From assembly GCF_009914755.1 (NCBI RefSeq), contig NC_060929.1: a DNA stretch of 64,000 nucleotides, one strand, 5' to 3'. Below are positions 1-15,012 of this stretch, one piece after another. Position 1 is the stretch's first letter. Each line of letters starts with the position of its first letter. Under the pieces are notes generated by a model. That model was given only the letters and a program-made list of their open reading frames with translations. It was not told where the DNA came from and made no database searches. This DNA comes from the human T2T-CHM13v2.0 reference genome, Homo sapiens. The position numbers were made by a program, and so were the translations under genes.

Positions 1-250
1 TTGCATTTCTCTTATGATCAGTGATGTTGACCTTTTTTTCACATGATTCTTGGCCACAAGTTTGTCTTCTTTTGAAAAGTGTCACTTCATGTCCTCTGCC
101 CACTTTTTAATGGGGTTGTTTGTTTGTTGTTTGTTTCTTGTAAATTTAAGTTCCTTGTAGGTGCTGGATATTAGACCTTTGTCAGATGCATAGTTTGCAA
201 AATTTTCTCCCATTCTGTAGGTTGTCTGTTCATTCTGTTGATAGTTTCTT
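1..250 (-). mobile_element. L1 (L1PA/L1PB-type) ORF2 3' region fragment
   Basis: Antisense L1 motifs ttgcatttctc..atgatcagtgatgttga and ctggatattagacctttgtcagatgcatagtttgcaaaattttctcccattctgtagg. Confidence 0.85.
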
Positions 251-314
251 AAAGGGAAAGCGTTCAGTTTTTCCCCATTGTTTAGGATGTTAGCTGTGTG
301 GTTTTCATTTGGAC

Positions 315-617
315 TTTTATTTTATTTATTTATTTTTGAGACAGAGTCTGGCTCTGTCATCCAGGCTGAAACAGAGTGGTGTGATCTTGGCTCACTGCAA
401 CCTTCACCTTCCAAGCTCAAGCCATGCTCCCATCTCAGCCTCTTGTGTAGCTGGGACTGCAGGCATGCACTACCACGCCTGGCTAACTTTTGTATTTTTT
501 GTTGAAATAGAGTTTTTCCATGTTGCCCAGCCTGGTCTTCACTCCTGAGCTCAAGTAATCCACTCAACTCAGCCTCCCAAAGTGCTGGGATTATAGGTGT
601 GAGCCTCCACACCTGGC
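315..617 (-). mobile_element. Alu (AluJ-like)
   Basis: T-rich tail, then gagacagagtct...ctcccaaagtgctgggattataggtgtgagcc. Confidence 0.9.
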
Positions 618-1113
618 TTTGACGTTTATTTTCTTAAGTTCCTTCTATATATATTTTATTGACAGTTTTAATCATGAAAGGATGTCGAACTGTGTCAAAT
701 GCTTTTTCTGTGCCTATTGAGACAATCATGTGGTTTTCTTCTTTCATTTTGTTAATGTGTTGTATCACATTTATTGATTTGCATATGTTGAACTAACCTT
801 GCATCCCAGGAATAAATCCCACTTAATCATGATATATGGTCCTTTTAATGTACTATAAAATTTAGTTTGCTAGTTGAAAATTTTTGTATCTGTGTTCATC
901 AGTAATGTTGGCCTGTAGGATTATTTTCATACAGTGTCATTGTCTGGGTTTGGTAGCAAGATGATGATGGCCTCATAGAAAAAATTTGGAAGTGTTCCCT
1001 CTTCTATTTTTTTGGAAAAATTTAAGATGGACTGCTATTAAGTCTTCTTTGAGTGTTCAGTAGAATTACCTATGAAGTCATTGGTCCTTGAATGTTTTTT
1101 CGTTGTTGGGAGA

Positions 1114-1370
1114 TTTTTTTTTTTTTTTTTTTTTTTTGAGATGGGGTCTTGCTCTGTCACCCAGGATGGAGTGCAGTGGTATGACCATAGCTCACTGCAG
1201 CGTCAACCTTCCAGGCTCAAGTGATCCTCTCACCCCAGCCTTCCAAGTTTCAGGGATCACAGTCATGCACCACCATGCCAACTAATTTTTTTATTATTGT
1301 AGAGAAAGGTCTCTCTATGTTGCCCAGGCTGGTCCTGAACTCCTGAGCTCAAGCAATCCTCCCATCTCAG
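1114..1370 (-). mobile_element. 5'-truncated Alu (AluJ-like)
   Basis: Poly-T, Alu body, left-arm start missing. TSD tgggagattt (1107) / tggaagattt (1371). Confidence 0.9.
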
Positions 1371-2392
1371 TGGAAGATTTCTTAATACTGATTCAATCTC
1401 CTTATTTGCTAGTGGTCTGCTCAGGTTTTCTGTATCTTCATGATTCAGTTTTGGTAGGTTTTATGTTTCTAGGAATTTCTTCTAATTTACCCAGTTTTTT
1501 GGCATATGATCATTCATAATAATCTTTTATGGTCCCTATTATTTCTTAGATATTTGTTGTAATGTCTCCTCTTCCAATTCTGATTTTAATTATTTGAGTC
1601 TTCTGTCTTTTTTCTTGGTTACTCTGTCAATTTTGTTTAACTTTTTAAAAAACCAACTCTTAGTTTCATTGATTTTTTTCTCTATTTGATTTACATTGAC
1701 TCTAATCTTTATGATTTCCTTCCTTCTGCTAACTTTGGGCTTAATTAGTTGAGGTTTTTTTCTAGTTTCTTAAGGTATAAAGTTAGATTGTTTATGCAAA
1801 ATCTTTCTTCTTCTTTAAAGTAGGCATTCATCACTATAAACTTTCCTTTTAGAACTGCTTTTTCTGTATCTCATAGGTTTTGGTATGTTGTGTTTCATTT
1901 TGCTTTGTCTGGAGATGCTTCTTAAGTTATCTTTTGAGTTTCTTTTACACCCAATGATTATTTAGGAGTGTGTACTTTAATTTCCACATATTTGTGAATT
2001 TTACAGTTTTCTTGCTGTTATCTCTAGTTTCATTCCATTGTGGTTGGAAAAGATTCTTGGAATGACTTTGACTTTATTGAATTTGTTAAGACTTATTTTG
2101 TGACCTAATATGTGATCTATCCTGGAGAATATTCCATGTGCACTTGTGAAAAATGAGTATTCTGGTACTGTTGAGTGGAAAGTTCTATGTAAGTCTGTTA
2201 GGTACATTTGGTCTACAGTGTTTTTCAAGTCAGATGTTTCATTATCAATTTTCTGTTTGGGTGCTCTATCCATTAGTGTAAGTGGGGTATTGAGGTATCC
2301 TACTATTATAGTATTGCTCTTAATTTCTGTCTTTAGATCTGTCAATATTTGCTTTATATAATATATTTAGGTCCTCTGATATTTTGTATATA

Positions 2393-2773
2393 TGATATGG
2401 TTTAGCTCTGTGTCTCCATCCAAATCTCATCTTGAATTGTAATCCCCACATGTCGAGGGAGGCATCTAGTGGGAGGTAATTGGATCATGGAGGCAGTTTC
2501 CCCAGTTGGATCATGGAGGCAGTTTCCCCTGTGCTGTTCTTGTAATAGTGTGTGAGTTCTCACAAGTTTAAAAGTGTTTGGCAGTTCCTCCCTTTTGCTC
2601 TCTCCTCCCACCATGTAAGACATGTCTTCCTTCCCCTTCGCCTTCCACCATGATTGTAAGTTGCCTGAGGCCTCCCCAGACATAAAGAACTGTGAGTTCA
2701 TTAAACCTCTTTTGTTTATAAATTATCCAGTCTCAGGCAGTTCTTTATAGCAGTGTGAAAATGGGCTAATACA
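2393..2773 (+). mobile_element. MaLR solo LTR (THE1D/MSTA-like)
   Basis: tgatatggtttagctctgtgtc...ctaataca termini, 5-bp TSD ATATA on both sides. Confidence 0.9.
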
Positions 2774-5700
2774 ATATATTTATAGTTGCTATATCTTTCT
2801 GTTGAATTGACCCTTTTAACATTATACAGTGATCTTTCACTCGAGACAGTTTTACATTTAAAATCTATTTTTTTCTTCTATTGTCATTCCTGCTTTCTTT
2901 TGGTTACCATTTGCATGAAATATCTTTTTTTAGCCATTCACTTTCATGTATGTCTTTAAATCTAAAGTGAATCTCTTGTAGACAGAATATTACTGGATCC
3001 CATTTTCTTAATCCATTCAGCCACTCTATGTCTTTTTATTGATGAGTTTAATCCATTTACATTCATAGTAATTATCAATAATACAGGACTCATTATTGCC
3101 ATTTTGTTAATTATTTTCTGTTTTATGGTTCCTTTGTTCCTTTCTTTGTGATTTGATTTTTTTTTTTGATAGCGGTATGTTTTGAATCCTCTCTCTTTAT
3201 CTTCTGTATGTCTACTAGAGGTTTTTCTTAGATTTAAAGACACACATGAAAGTGAAAAGATAAAAAAAGATACTTCATGCAAATGATAACCAAAAGAAAG
3301 CAGGAGTGAGTATAGAAGAAAAAATAGATTTTAAATCTAAACTTCATGGTAATCACAAGGAACATCTTATAATTATGTTATAACAGTTAGCTTATTGTAA
3401 GCTGATAATAACTCCAATTTCATACAAAAACTCTACACTTTTATTTCTCACACATACAGTTTATGTTATTAATGTCACAATTTATATCTATTAATATCAT
3501 GTATCTATTAACAAATTATTATAGCTGTAGTTATTTTTAATACTTTTGTCTATTATCTTTTTATACTAGAGTTAGAAGTGATGTACACACTGCCAATCAC
3601 AAGATTAGAGTATTCTGAATTTTACCATATACTTATCTTTACCAGTGAGTTACACATTTTCATATGTTTTCATGTTACTAATTAGCATCTTTCATTCAAC
3701 ATGAAGAATGCCCTTTACTTTTCTTATAAGGCAGGTCTAATGGTGATGAATTCCCAGTTTTGTTTGTCTGGGAAAGTCTGTCTCTCCTTTATTTCTGAAG
3801 GACAGCTTTATCAAGTATGGTATTCTTGGTTGGCAGTTTTTTCTTTCAGCACTTTGAAAATATCATCCTACTCTCTCCTGGCATGCTAGTTTCTGCTGGT
3901 AAATCTTCTGATAGTCTTATATACATTCCCTTGTATGTGACAGGTAACTTTTCTCTTGCTGTTTTCAAAACACTCTGTCATTGACTTTTGATCATAATGT
4001 GTCTCCATATAATCTTCTTCAGGTTGATCCCGTTTGGAAACTTCTGAGCTTCATGAACGTGATGTCCATATCCCTCCCCAAGATTTGGGAAGTTTTCAGC
4101 CAATTTTTTAAAAATAAGCTTTCTTCCCATTTCTCTTTTCTTTCAGAGGCTCTCGTAATGCATATATAGGTTTGGTTGATGGTGTTTTATAAATCTCTTA
4201 GGCTTTCTTTACTTTTTAAAATTCTTTTTTCTTTCTTCTTTCAATCTCCCTGGATTGAAAAATAACATATGATGTGTCTCTGAGTTCACAGATTCTTTCT
4301 CATGCTTGATCAAGTTTGTTGCTTAAGCTCTCTATTGAATTTTTCAGTCCAGTAATTGTGTTCAGCTCCAGAATTTGTTTGGTTCTTTTTTATTATTTCT
4401 ATCTTGCTGTTAAACTTCTGATTTTGTTCATGTATTGTTTTTCTGAGTCAGTAAGTTGTCTATCTGTGCTGTTTTATAGCTCACTGAGCTTTCTTAAAAT
4501 AATTATTTTTAATTCTTTGTCAGAAATTCATAGGTCTCCATTTCTTTGGGTTCAGTTACTGGAATATTACTGTGTTCCTTTGGTGGAATCATGTTTCCTT
4601 GATTTTTTTTCATGTTTTTTGAAGTCTTTCATTGCTATCTTCACATTTGAAGAATCAGTTAGCTCCTCCAGTCTTTACTGACTGGCTTCAAGAGAGAAAG
4701 ACCTTTACCAGTCATCCAAGCTAGAAATTTGCAGGGCCTCTTAAATCTTTTCTGTGGATGCACCTGCTCCACTTCTCTTGTTCCAACAAGGAGTGTTTTA
4801 TGGAAACATCTGAATATAGATCTGCTTTACCAAGCACTTAGAAAAGTTTACTACCATATAGAAAAATGATAGCTTACATTATTACACAGTGTTTTGGGTA
4901 GACATTAAATACTGTATCTTGAGTAGACCATATCTACTCAGCTTAGTCAAGATATCACTGTTGCTGATTGACTCAGACAATTAAATATTGAGGTAACCCT
5001 GTCATCCCAGGTCATATACCGGGGTCACTCTAATCCCAGCAAGTGACACAGCAAATTGGAAAGTGCCTGGTTCACTGGTAGGCTTTCAAATTCTAACAAA
5101 ACAAACTTACTGGTCATATATAGCTGAGAGTCTATTTTGTGACTGCTGAATTAGCCACAGGGAAAATCAAAAGCCTAGGTAGGGAGGCCCAGCTGAATTG
5201 GTTTTCAGCCTCCATCCTGTTCTAGTATCAGCACTCACATCCAGTGCCTTCAATAGCATCCTTCCTTTTTATGTATCTGTAGGGCTTCTACCAGCATCCT
5301 TGCTGGGACTCCAGGCCATCACTATGGTTTCCTGTCACCCACCCTAAGTGGAAAAAGGAAAAGTGGAAGAGTTTTCTCTCCAAGTGTACCATTCTTTTAG
5401 CCAATGCAGAAAGCCTGGCTTACTAAGAAATAAGCTCACTAATAATAACACTTAAGGCTAATGAACCCAAGGGTTGGCTAACCTAGGAAGGAAATACTAC
5501 CTTGGTAAATACCACCTTGAATTATAAACTGAGCCTTCATTCCAGGACAACACCAACCTCTTCAAAGAATGTAATTCTGCTCTGTCTCTGAGTAGGGTCC
5601 CTGCAGCTCAGAACTCAGTCTGAAGACTGGAACCACCTTTATAATTTTCTTATTTGATACATTATCTCTTTGACAGATCCACAATCACTTACCCACAATT

Positions 5701-8039
5701 CTGAGATAGAAGGGTTACTGAACACCAAACAACTTTTATAATTTTACAAGCAGAACCTCAATTTATGTGATGTAAGGCTATGAGCAGTATCTATTTATCT
5801 CACTTTGTGGGAATAGTCTTACATTTAGCCAAAGAAATATTATTGTGTTGAATTACAGGCCAAGGATATTATGTAATATACAGCATATGTGTCATATTAC
5901 CTTTCTAAGATCCAAAAATATCTCTGAACTCCAAAACACATCTGGCCCCATGAGTTTTGGATAAAGGCCTAGGAATCTGTAGTAAATTCAGAATTTGTTC
6001 TAGAATATTCCTTCTCTTTTCCATAGGGGCTGAGATAATTATGTAGAATGTGAGGCTAAAAGGAGAGGGTCACATAAGGAATTAGAAATCTTCATAATGT
6101 AATGGGGAAGTTAGTAGGAGGCAAGTATTTTTATAGAGCCAGGAGTTAGGATCAAGTCTTTCCAAAGCAATGAAGAAGATGCCATTTCCTCCTTGGCAGC
6201 CAGTTCTCCATCTCTCTGAATACCATTTGACTAATATTCACACAGAAAGAAATATATTTCTTAATTCAGTGTAGAGGTCACCTTGGGATAAGAAGTACCT
6301 TCTCCACATAAACAAGTTTTTAAAAAATGATTTGATTCCCAAGCTAACCCAGAAAAGTTTGCTACTGGAGTAGTTAAAACAGTAGAATTTGCAATATGTG
6401 ATAAACTCATTTTATGAGCAAACCTAGGAATCTGAGTTCTTTCCACATTACTGTTTATGTAGGAAAATATATTTGGCATCCTAATAATGAATTACAAAAT
6501 GCCATGTGGAACACAATGCACTTCTACGTTGGCTGTTGCCTGTACTATGCAGAGTGTTTTTCTGATTAATTAAGTCATCACTTATTGCTCAGAAATATTT
6601 ATTGAGCACTCGTAATAGGTACTAGAAATAAAGGGCTCAGCAGAAAAGAAAATGAACCATCCTTTACAAAGTTTAGGCTCTAGGGGAAAAAAGAGCAGGG
6701 GGGAAAAAATTTTAACAGTTTAAAATAAACTCATCTTAATGTAAAATTGAGTGTTTAATACAGTTACATATTTTGTTGTAATTTTATTCAAAACCTTCCT
6801 ATACTGAGTTTCCTCTTACTTAAGGCAACTTATATCTCCACACACTGAAAGACTTACGCAGAGGAACATAAAAGTCTCTAAACTTTCACAAAGGTCAGAA
6901 AGATTTTCTAAATACATATAATTATCCCCCAAGTTCTGCTAATAAGGAAGAGGCTATCTGGAACAAACCAACTTATAAAGTTCACAGTGGAATAATAGCA
7001 TCATTTTTTCAAGCATTAGATGTTGAGCAGTATTTAAATCTTAATACAGATGAAATTTGTTGTTTCAAAAAAAATCCACCACTTTGCCAAAAAAGGATGG
7101 AATGCTAAAGTCTGATAGCTATTGTCCACATTTTTAGAAGGTTTGTCACAAAGTTCTACATACCATACTTTTGAAAACAATTGTGGTGCTATGGAAATGC
7201 TAATGTTAAATTCTCTGAGTGGAAATCAAAAGACAATAGCTACCTCCCCTGAAATCAGGAAATCCCAGGATTGTACAGTCTCAACACAACCCAAGGAAAT
7301 GAAACCCTTTTTGTGATTGTAATATTTGGTAGAGAGGGAAAATGTCAAGGAAAGCAAAAAAAGTTAAGCCCCTTTTTTTCTTTGTGGTAGCTAGTAGAGG
7401 GAGTTAAAAGTACCAGTGTCAACAGAAATGGGAAGCTGTGTGTAAAAAGCACATATTAGGATTACTTGTTACCTTAGACCAGTTTGCATCAAGGACATGA
7501 TGCCAAGAATAGAAAGTCAGTGCATGCTTGATGTTAACCCCCTAAAGGAACAACAAACAAATAACCAATTCCTAAGTGAAATCATGGTCATATGCAGCTA
7601 CTCCTATATTTTCGGATTCCTAAAAGAAATGAGGAATACAGGGAGAAAATGCCAGCCTGGAAATCAACAATCAGGATCCTCAAGAGTAGCAGATTATGAC
7701 AGGGGAGTCTTGGATTCTATACTTGATAGAGTCGTTAACTGGGAAAATTTGGAAAGTCATTAACTGGGAAAACCAAATTCATCCAATACGCCTTTGTTCC
7801 ATGTCTAGAATGATTAAGCATTGATCTTGGCACTAAGAGGAGGAGAGGAAGAGGAGTGCATTACAAAGGTGTATAAGACACCATCTCCATGTCAACAGGT
7901 AGACAACCCTGTACACATGTAACAATAAATCACAGAAGAAGAATTATACAACATAATAACAAAAAATAAATCATGAATACTCATAGGACACTTTCTACAG
8001 GTCACATCCCATTCTAAAGACTCTCCATATTTTAATTAT

Positions 8040-8180
8040 CACAACCACTCTTTCATTTTCTACACTGAGGAAACCAAAGCTCAGAGAGGTCAAGTTACTT
8101 ACTCAAGGTCACACAAATTATAAGTGGTAGATCATGGATTTAAACCCAGGTTCCAGAGGCTGCTTACTCTTAACCACCCA
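8040..8180 (-). mobile_element. MIR
   Basis: MIR core: gaggaaaccaaagctcagagaggtcaagttacttactcaaggtcacac. Confidence 0.75.
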
Positions 8181-8479
8181 TAATGAAACATGCAAAAGAT
8201 TTTAATCCTGACTATGACTGGGGATGCAGAATAAGGTGAGGAGGTAGGAAGAGGAGTAGAGGAAGAGTCTGGGAAGAACTGGTAGTTGAGTTCTGTGTTG
8301 CCCATTTGGACCCAATATAACCTCCCTGGATGCTGTTTATCTCCAAACAAATGGGATTGATGACATTATCTCTAAAATCCCTTTGGCTCTTTTAAGTACT
8401 TCTTAATTCATCTGTGACATCACCAGAGATAGTACATTGTGGGAAAAGAGCAACCTTTGAAAACCAACACAACTAAATT

Positions 8480-8625
8480 ATCAGTTGTGTGATTTGGGTG
8501 AGTTATTTGCCATTCCTGAACCTAAGCTTCCTCAATGGTACAATAAGACAATCCTCACAGAGTTGTAAAGATTAAATAATCTGTGCGAGGCACAGTGCCT
8601 GGCACAGAGGAAGCACTCAATTAAT
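8480..8625 (+). mobile_element. MIR
   Basis: tgtgatttgggtgagttattt...cacagtgcctggcacagaggaagcactcaat. Confidence 0.7.
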
Positions 8626-9335
8626 TTTACTCTCCCCACTCCCTTTCTTTTGCTTTAATTGCATATAATCTCAGTCCTTGAATTCACCTAAGTCTAGTGA
8701 ACCAGATCATTACATGATTAGCTACACATTATTAGAATACCCTTTGGCAGTAGATGGCAAAAGACAGTCTCCTTGAGGATATCCTTTTTTTTTTTTCAAT
8801 CTAGAAATTTCTAAGTTGCCATCCTGCTATTTTATATTAAAACACCGTTTGCTTTTCTTGGTTCTTTTGATTATGCAACTCAACAAACTTAGTTAACAGC
8901 CACACGATAAGCTAGGAACCAAGTAGTAAAGTTGCATACCATTCATAAACCATGACTGATATGGCCTAGGAGGTTTTCAATAGATATTACATAGATTTTA
9001 TAAAGCCAAAGAAAAGTGTAGTTAAGAGTTTAAAATGTTCTAGTGTTACATACTAAAATAAATATTTGAATAAAAGTAGGCAGAAAAAGTCCTACCTAAA
9101 AACTCATTTGTCATAATTTGAAGCTTTATTGTCAAAGACTAAGGCAGAGAAAAGGAGGCATTTATCCACAGAAAAAAAGTAAATATAGAGACAAAGATCA
9201 TATTCGTGTCTAAAAGAAAAAAGATATTTATGTTGTTGTTTTGTCCTTCATTCTATTATTTTACTAACTCGGAATACATCTTTTACCAGCTCTGGCTAAA
9301 GAAGTTTGAGGCTTTTCTTTTTACCTTTTAAAATG

Positions 9336-9475
9336 GATATACCTAATGTTAAATGACGAGTTACTGGGTGCAGCACACCAACATGGCACATGTATACATA
9401 TGTAACTAACCTGCACGTTGTGCACATGTACCCTAAAACTTAAAGTATAATAAAAATAAATAAATAAAAATAAAA
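9336..9475 (+). mobile_element. Very short 5'-truncated young L1PA 3' end with A-tail
   Basis: gatatacctaatgttaaatgacgag...ccctaaaacttaaagtataat followed by an A-rich tail. Adjacent to an old antisense L1M 3' end (9476-9660). Confidence 0.9.
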
Positions 9476-10899
9476 TTGAGATTTAACTTATATATATTAA
9501 AATGCACAAATCTCAAGCATACACTCAATTTTTATATATGCATATACCCATGTAACTAACCACCACCTAGATCAATATGCAGAATATTTCCAATGCCCCT
9601 AAAAGTCCTCTACCCCCTTCTCAGTCTACAGCCCCAAGGCAATCCCTATCTAAACTTTTAAATAGAGAAGATAACAAAAATAGAAAATGAAAAAGAAATC
9701 CTAAATTTGATTTTGTTATGTTTTCTGCTGTGTACTATTTACAGAGCTTACTTATTGGAGGTTTAGTAACCCCTGGATACCCAAGGCTTTAAAGAATTGG
9801 TTCACTGGGTGATAAACTGAAAAATCATAGCTGGGAGCTTCAAAGAAGCAGCCTTTAGGTTTTTACTGTGGAAGAGTCAGATTCCTGATGATTTCTTTCT
9901 TCTAGAGAAAAATAGGTAAAGAAAGCATCTGGAGAAGTAAGCCAGATTGCTTTCAACCTCACTGTCAACAGAAGTATGATTTTCAATGAAGTTTGAATAC
10001 AAATTCTGTTTTGTGGTTCTGAAAGCCAAGATAAGTAATAACAATAACAAACTCTGTATTGGATCATAAAGCTATCTGCTCTGTGCATAAAGAAATGCTT
10101 CTGATTTGACATCAATGGAGCAGAAGCTTGAGTGTTTTTCAAGTAATTGTGATAATTTGACATTCTTGCTACATTTGCTTTCACCCTACTTTTCTGATAA
10201 ATTTCAAGCCATTTAATAGGAGTAGGGAGTACAGTGAGTGACAGAGGTAAGTAGCCTACTTGGACAGCAAGGCAGGCAGATCCAAGGTTTTGGTTCATTA
10301 GGTGCCTAGTCTAAACAACTGAGCTAATATGATATTTTAGTTAGGTCCCTAGTATAGATTGGCTATCAACAAATGTTACAGACAGGGACATGTGTTAAGA
10401 TTGAAAAGAGTCTCTATTATAAACATGCCAGAACAGCAGGACTAAATCAAGACTGTCCTAAGCAAACCAGGACAGTCACCCTAGCTATCGTAAGACTCTA
10501 TTCCACCAGGGTTCATATTGATTAACTCTTAATTCCAATGACTCTTACTACTTAAGCTAGAGCGTTCGGGGTGGCAAAAGCATCTTCCTTTCCTTCTGCT
10601 CACAAGAGGAAGAAAAAGCAAATAGACAAGAGAGATTATGGCTGAGATCTAGTGAGTTAAACGTAAAAATGGCTCTGATCTAAATATACAGGCTTAACTT
10701 CTGACAAGGATTCAGCATAAATAGGGTTCAAATAGGATTCAAATGGGGACAGAGGTCACATCTTGTATATCTTTAGTAACTTCCTCTAGCACGTGTCATA
10801 ATACTCCACACACCATGGGTTGCCATTAAGAGGGCTGATGAACTAAAGGAGGGCAATATTCTCAATTTGTAAAACTACTACTCTGGCTAATAATGATGT

Positions 10900-11007
10900 G
10901 ATGATGGTGATAACCAATAATGGATATGAATTGCGTGCTATGTGCCTGGTATACTGTACTAAGTCCTTTGTATATATTATCTCTTTATATTCCTTAATGA
11001 TTCTATA
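10900..11007 (-). mobile_element. MIR, left half (split by L1)
   Basis: gtgctatgtgcctggtatactgtactaagtcctttgtatatattatc; the element continues at 16999-17120. Confidence 0.7.
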
Positions 11008-11600
11008 TTATTTTTGTGTTGTTTTAACGAGTATCTTTTTATTTTTTTTTAATTTCAACTTTTATTTTAGACTTGGGGTTCATGTGCAGGCTTGTTACCT
11101 GCACATTGCCTGATGCAGAGGTTTGGGGTACGATTGATCTCATCACCCAGGTCCTGAGCATAGTCCCCAGAGGTTTGTTTTTCAACCCTTGCTCCCCTCC
11201 TTCCCTGCTCTATTAGTCCCCAGTGTCCACTGTTGCCATCTTTATGTCCATAAGTAACTGATGTTAAGCTCCCATGTATAAGTGAAAACATGTGATATTT
11301 GGTTTTCTGTTCCTGTGTTAATTCACTTAGGATAATGGCTTCAAGCTGCATTCGTGTTGCTGCAAAGGACACGGTTTCATACTTTTTATGGCTGCATAGT
11401 ATTCTATGGTATATATGTGCCACATTTTCTTTATCCAGTCCACCATTAATGGGCACATAGGTTGATTCCATTTCTTTGCTATTGTGAATAGTGCTGCAAG
11501 GAACATACAAGTGCATGTGTCTTTTTGGTACAATGATTAATTTTCTTTTTGATATGTACTCAGTAATGGGATTGCTGAGTCAAAATGGTAGTTCTGTTTT

Positions 11601-13823
<2,223 letters not shown>

Positions 13824-14959
13824 CTAACAGTATAACAACTGTTGTTTTTATACACAACAACATTCCTATTTCTCCACAGCCTCACCAGCATCTGTTGTTT
13901 TTTGACTTTTTCATAATAACCATTCCAACTGGTATGATACGGTATCTTCTTGTGGTTTTGATTTGCATTTCTTTGATGTCAGTGATGTGGAACGTTTTTC
14001 ATGTTTGTTGACTGTTTGTATGTCTTCTTTTGAGAAGTATCTGGTCATGTCTTTTGCTCATTTTTAAATAGGGTTATTTGTTTTTTGCTTGTTCAATTGT
14101 TTAAGTTCCTTCTAGATTCTGCATATTAGATCTTTGTCAGATGCATAGTTTGTGAGCATTTTCTCCCATTCTGTAAGTTGTCTGTGTACTCTGTTAATAG
14201 TTTCTTTTGCTGTGCAGAGCTCTTTAATTAGGTCCCTCTTGTCAATTTTTGTTTGTGTTGCAGTTGCTTTTGAGGATAATCATAAATTATTTCCCAAGGC
14301 CAATGTCCAAAATGGTGTTTCCTAGGTTTTCTTCTAGGATTCTTACAGTCTGAGGTCTTACATTAAAATCTTTTATCCATCTTGAGTTAATTTGTGTATA
14401 TGGTGAAAGGCAGGGGTCCAGTTTCATTCTTCTGCATATGGCTAGCTAGCTATCCCAGCACCATTTATTGAAAAGGGAGTCCTTTCCCCATTGCTTATTT
14501 TTGACAACTTTGTCAAAGGTCAGATGACTGTAGGCATGTGGCTTGATTTGTGGGTTCTCTATTCTGTTCTGTTGGTCTATGTGTCTGTTTCTGTACCAGT
14601 ACCATGCTGTTTCAGTTACTGTAGCATTATAGTATAGTTTGAAATTAGGTGATTTGATGTCTCCAGCTTTGTTCTTTTTGCTCACAATTCCCTTGGCTAT
14701 TTAGCCTCTTTTTTGGTTCCATGTGAATTTTAGAGTATTTTTTTCTTATTCTGTTAAAAATGATGTTGATAGCTTGATAGGAATAGCAATGAATCTGTAG
14801 ATTGCGTTGGGTAGTATGGCCATTTTAACAATATTGATTTTTCCAATCCATGAACATGGAGTGTTTTTCCATTTGTTTGTGTCATTTATGATTTCTTGTT
14901 GCAGTGTTTTATAGTTCTCCTTGTAGAGATCTTTCACCACATTGGTTAGATATATTTCT

Positions 14960-14960
<1 letters not shown>

Positions 14961-15007
<47 letters not shown>

Positions 15008-15012
15008 TGTGT
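14961..15012. repeat. (GT)n microsatellite
   Basis: About 25 GT units with one interruption, inside the L1. Confidence 0.95.

Larger units (their letters stand above)
251..4790 (-). mobile_element. Old L1M element (ORF2 endonuclease/ORF1 region), interrupted by two Alus and a THE1/MST LTR
   Basis: Minus-strand ORFs 2001-2345 (..SAHGIFSRIDHILGHK..) and 2962-3282 (..ITMNVNGLNSSIKRHRVAEWIKK..) are L1 endonuclease remnants. Confidence 0.85.

Noticed and set aside
9855-10298. 147-aa minus-strand ORF in apparently unique sequence
   Set aside because: No recognisable domain, splice structure or promoter. Its length is compatible with chance.
13826-13862. Small hairpin-like insertion in the older L1 (aacag...ctgtt...ttatacac)
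   Set aside because: Too short and low-complexity to separate a micro template switch from random decay.
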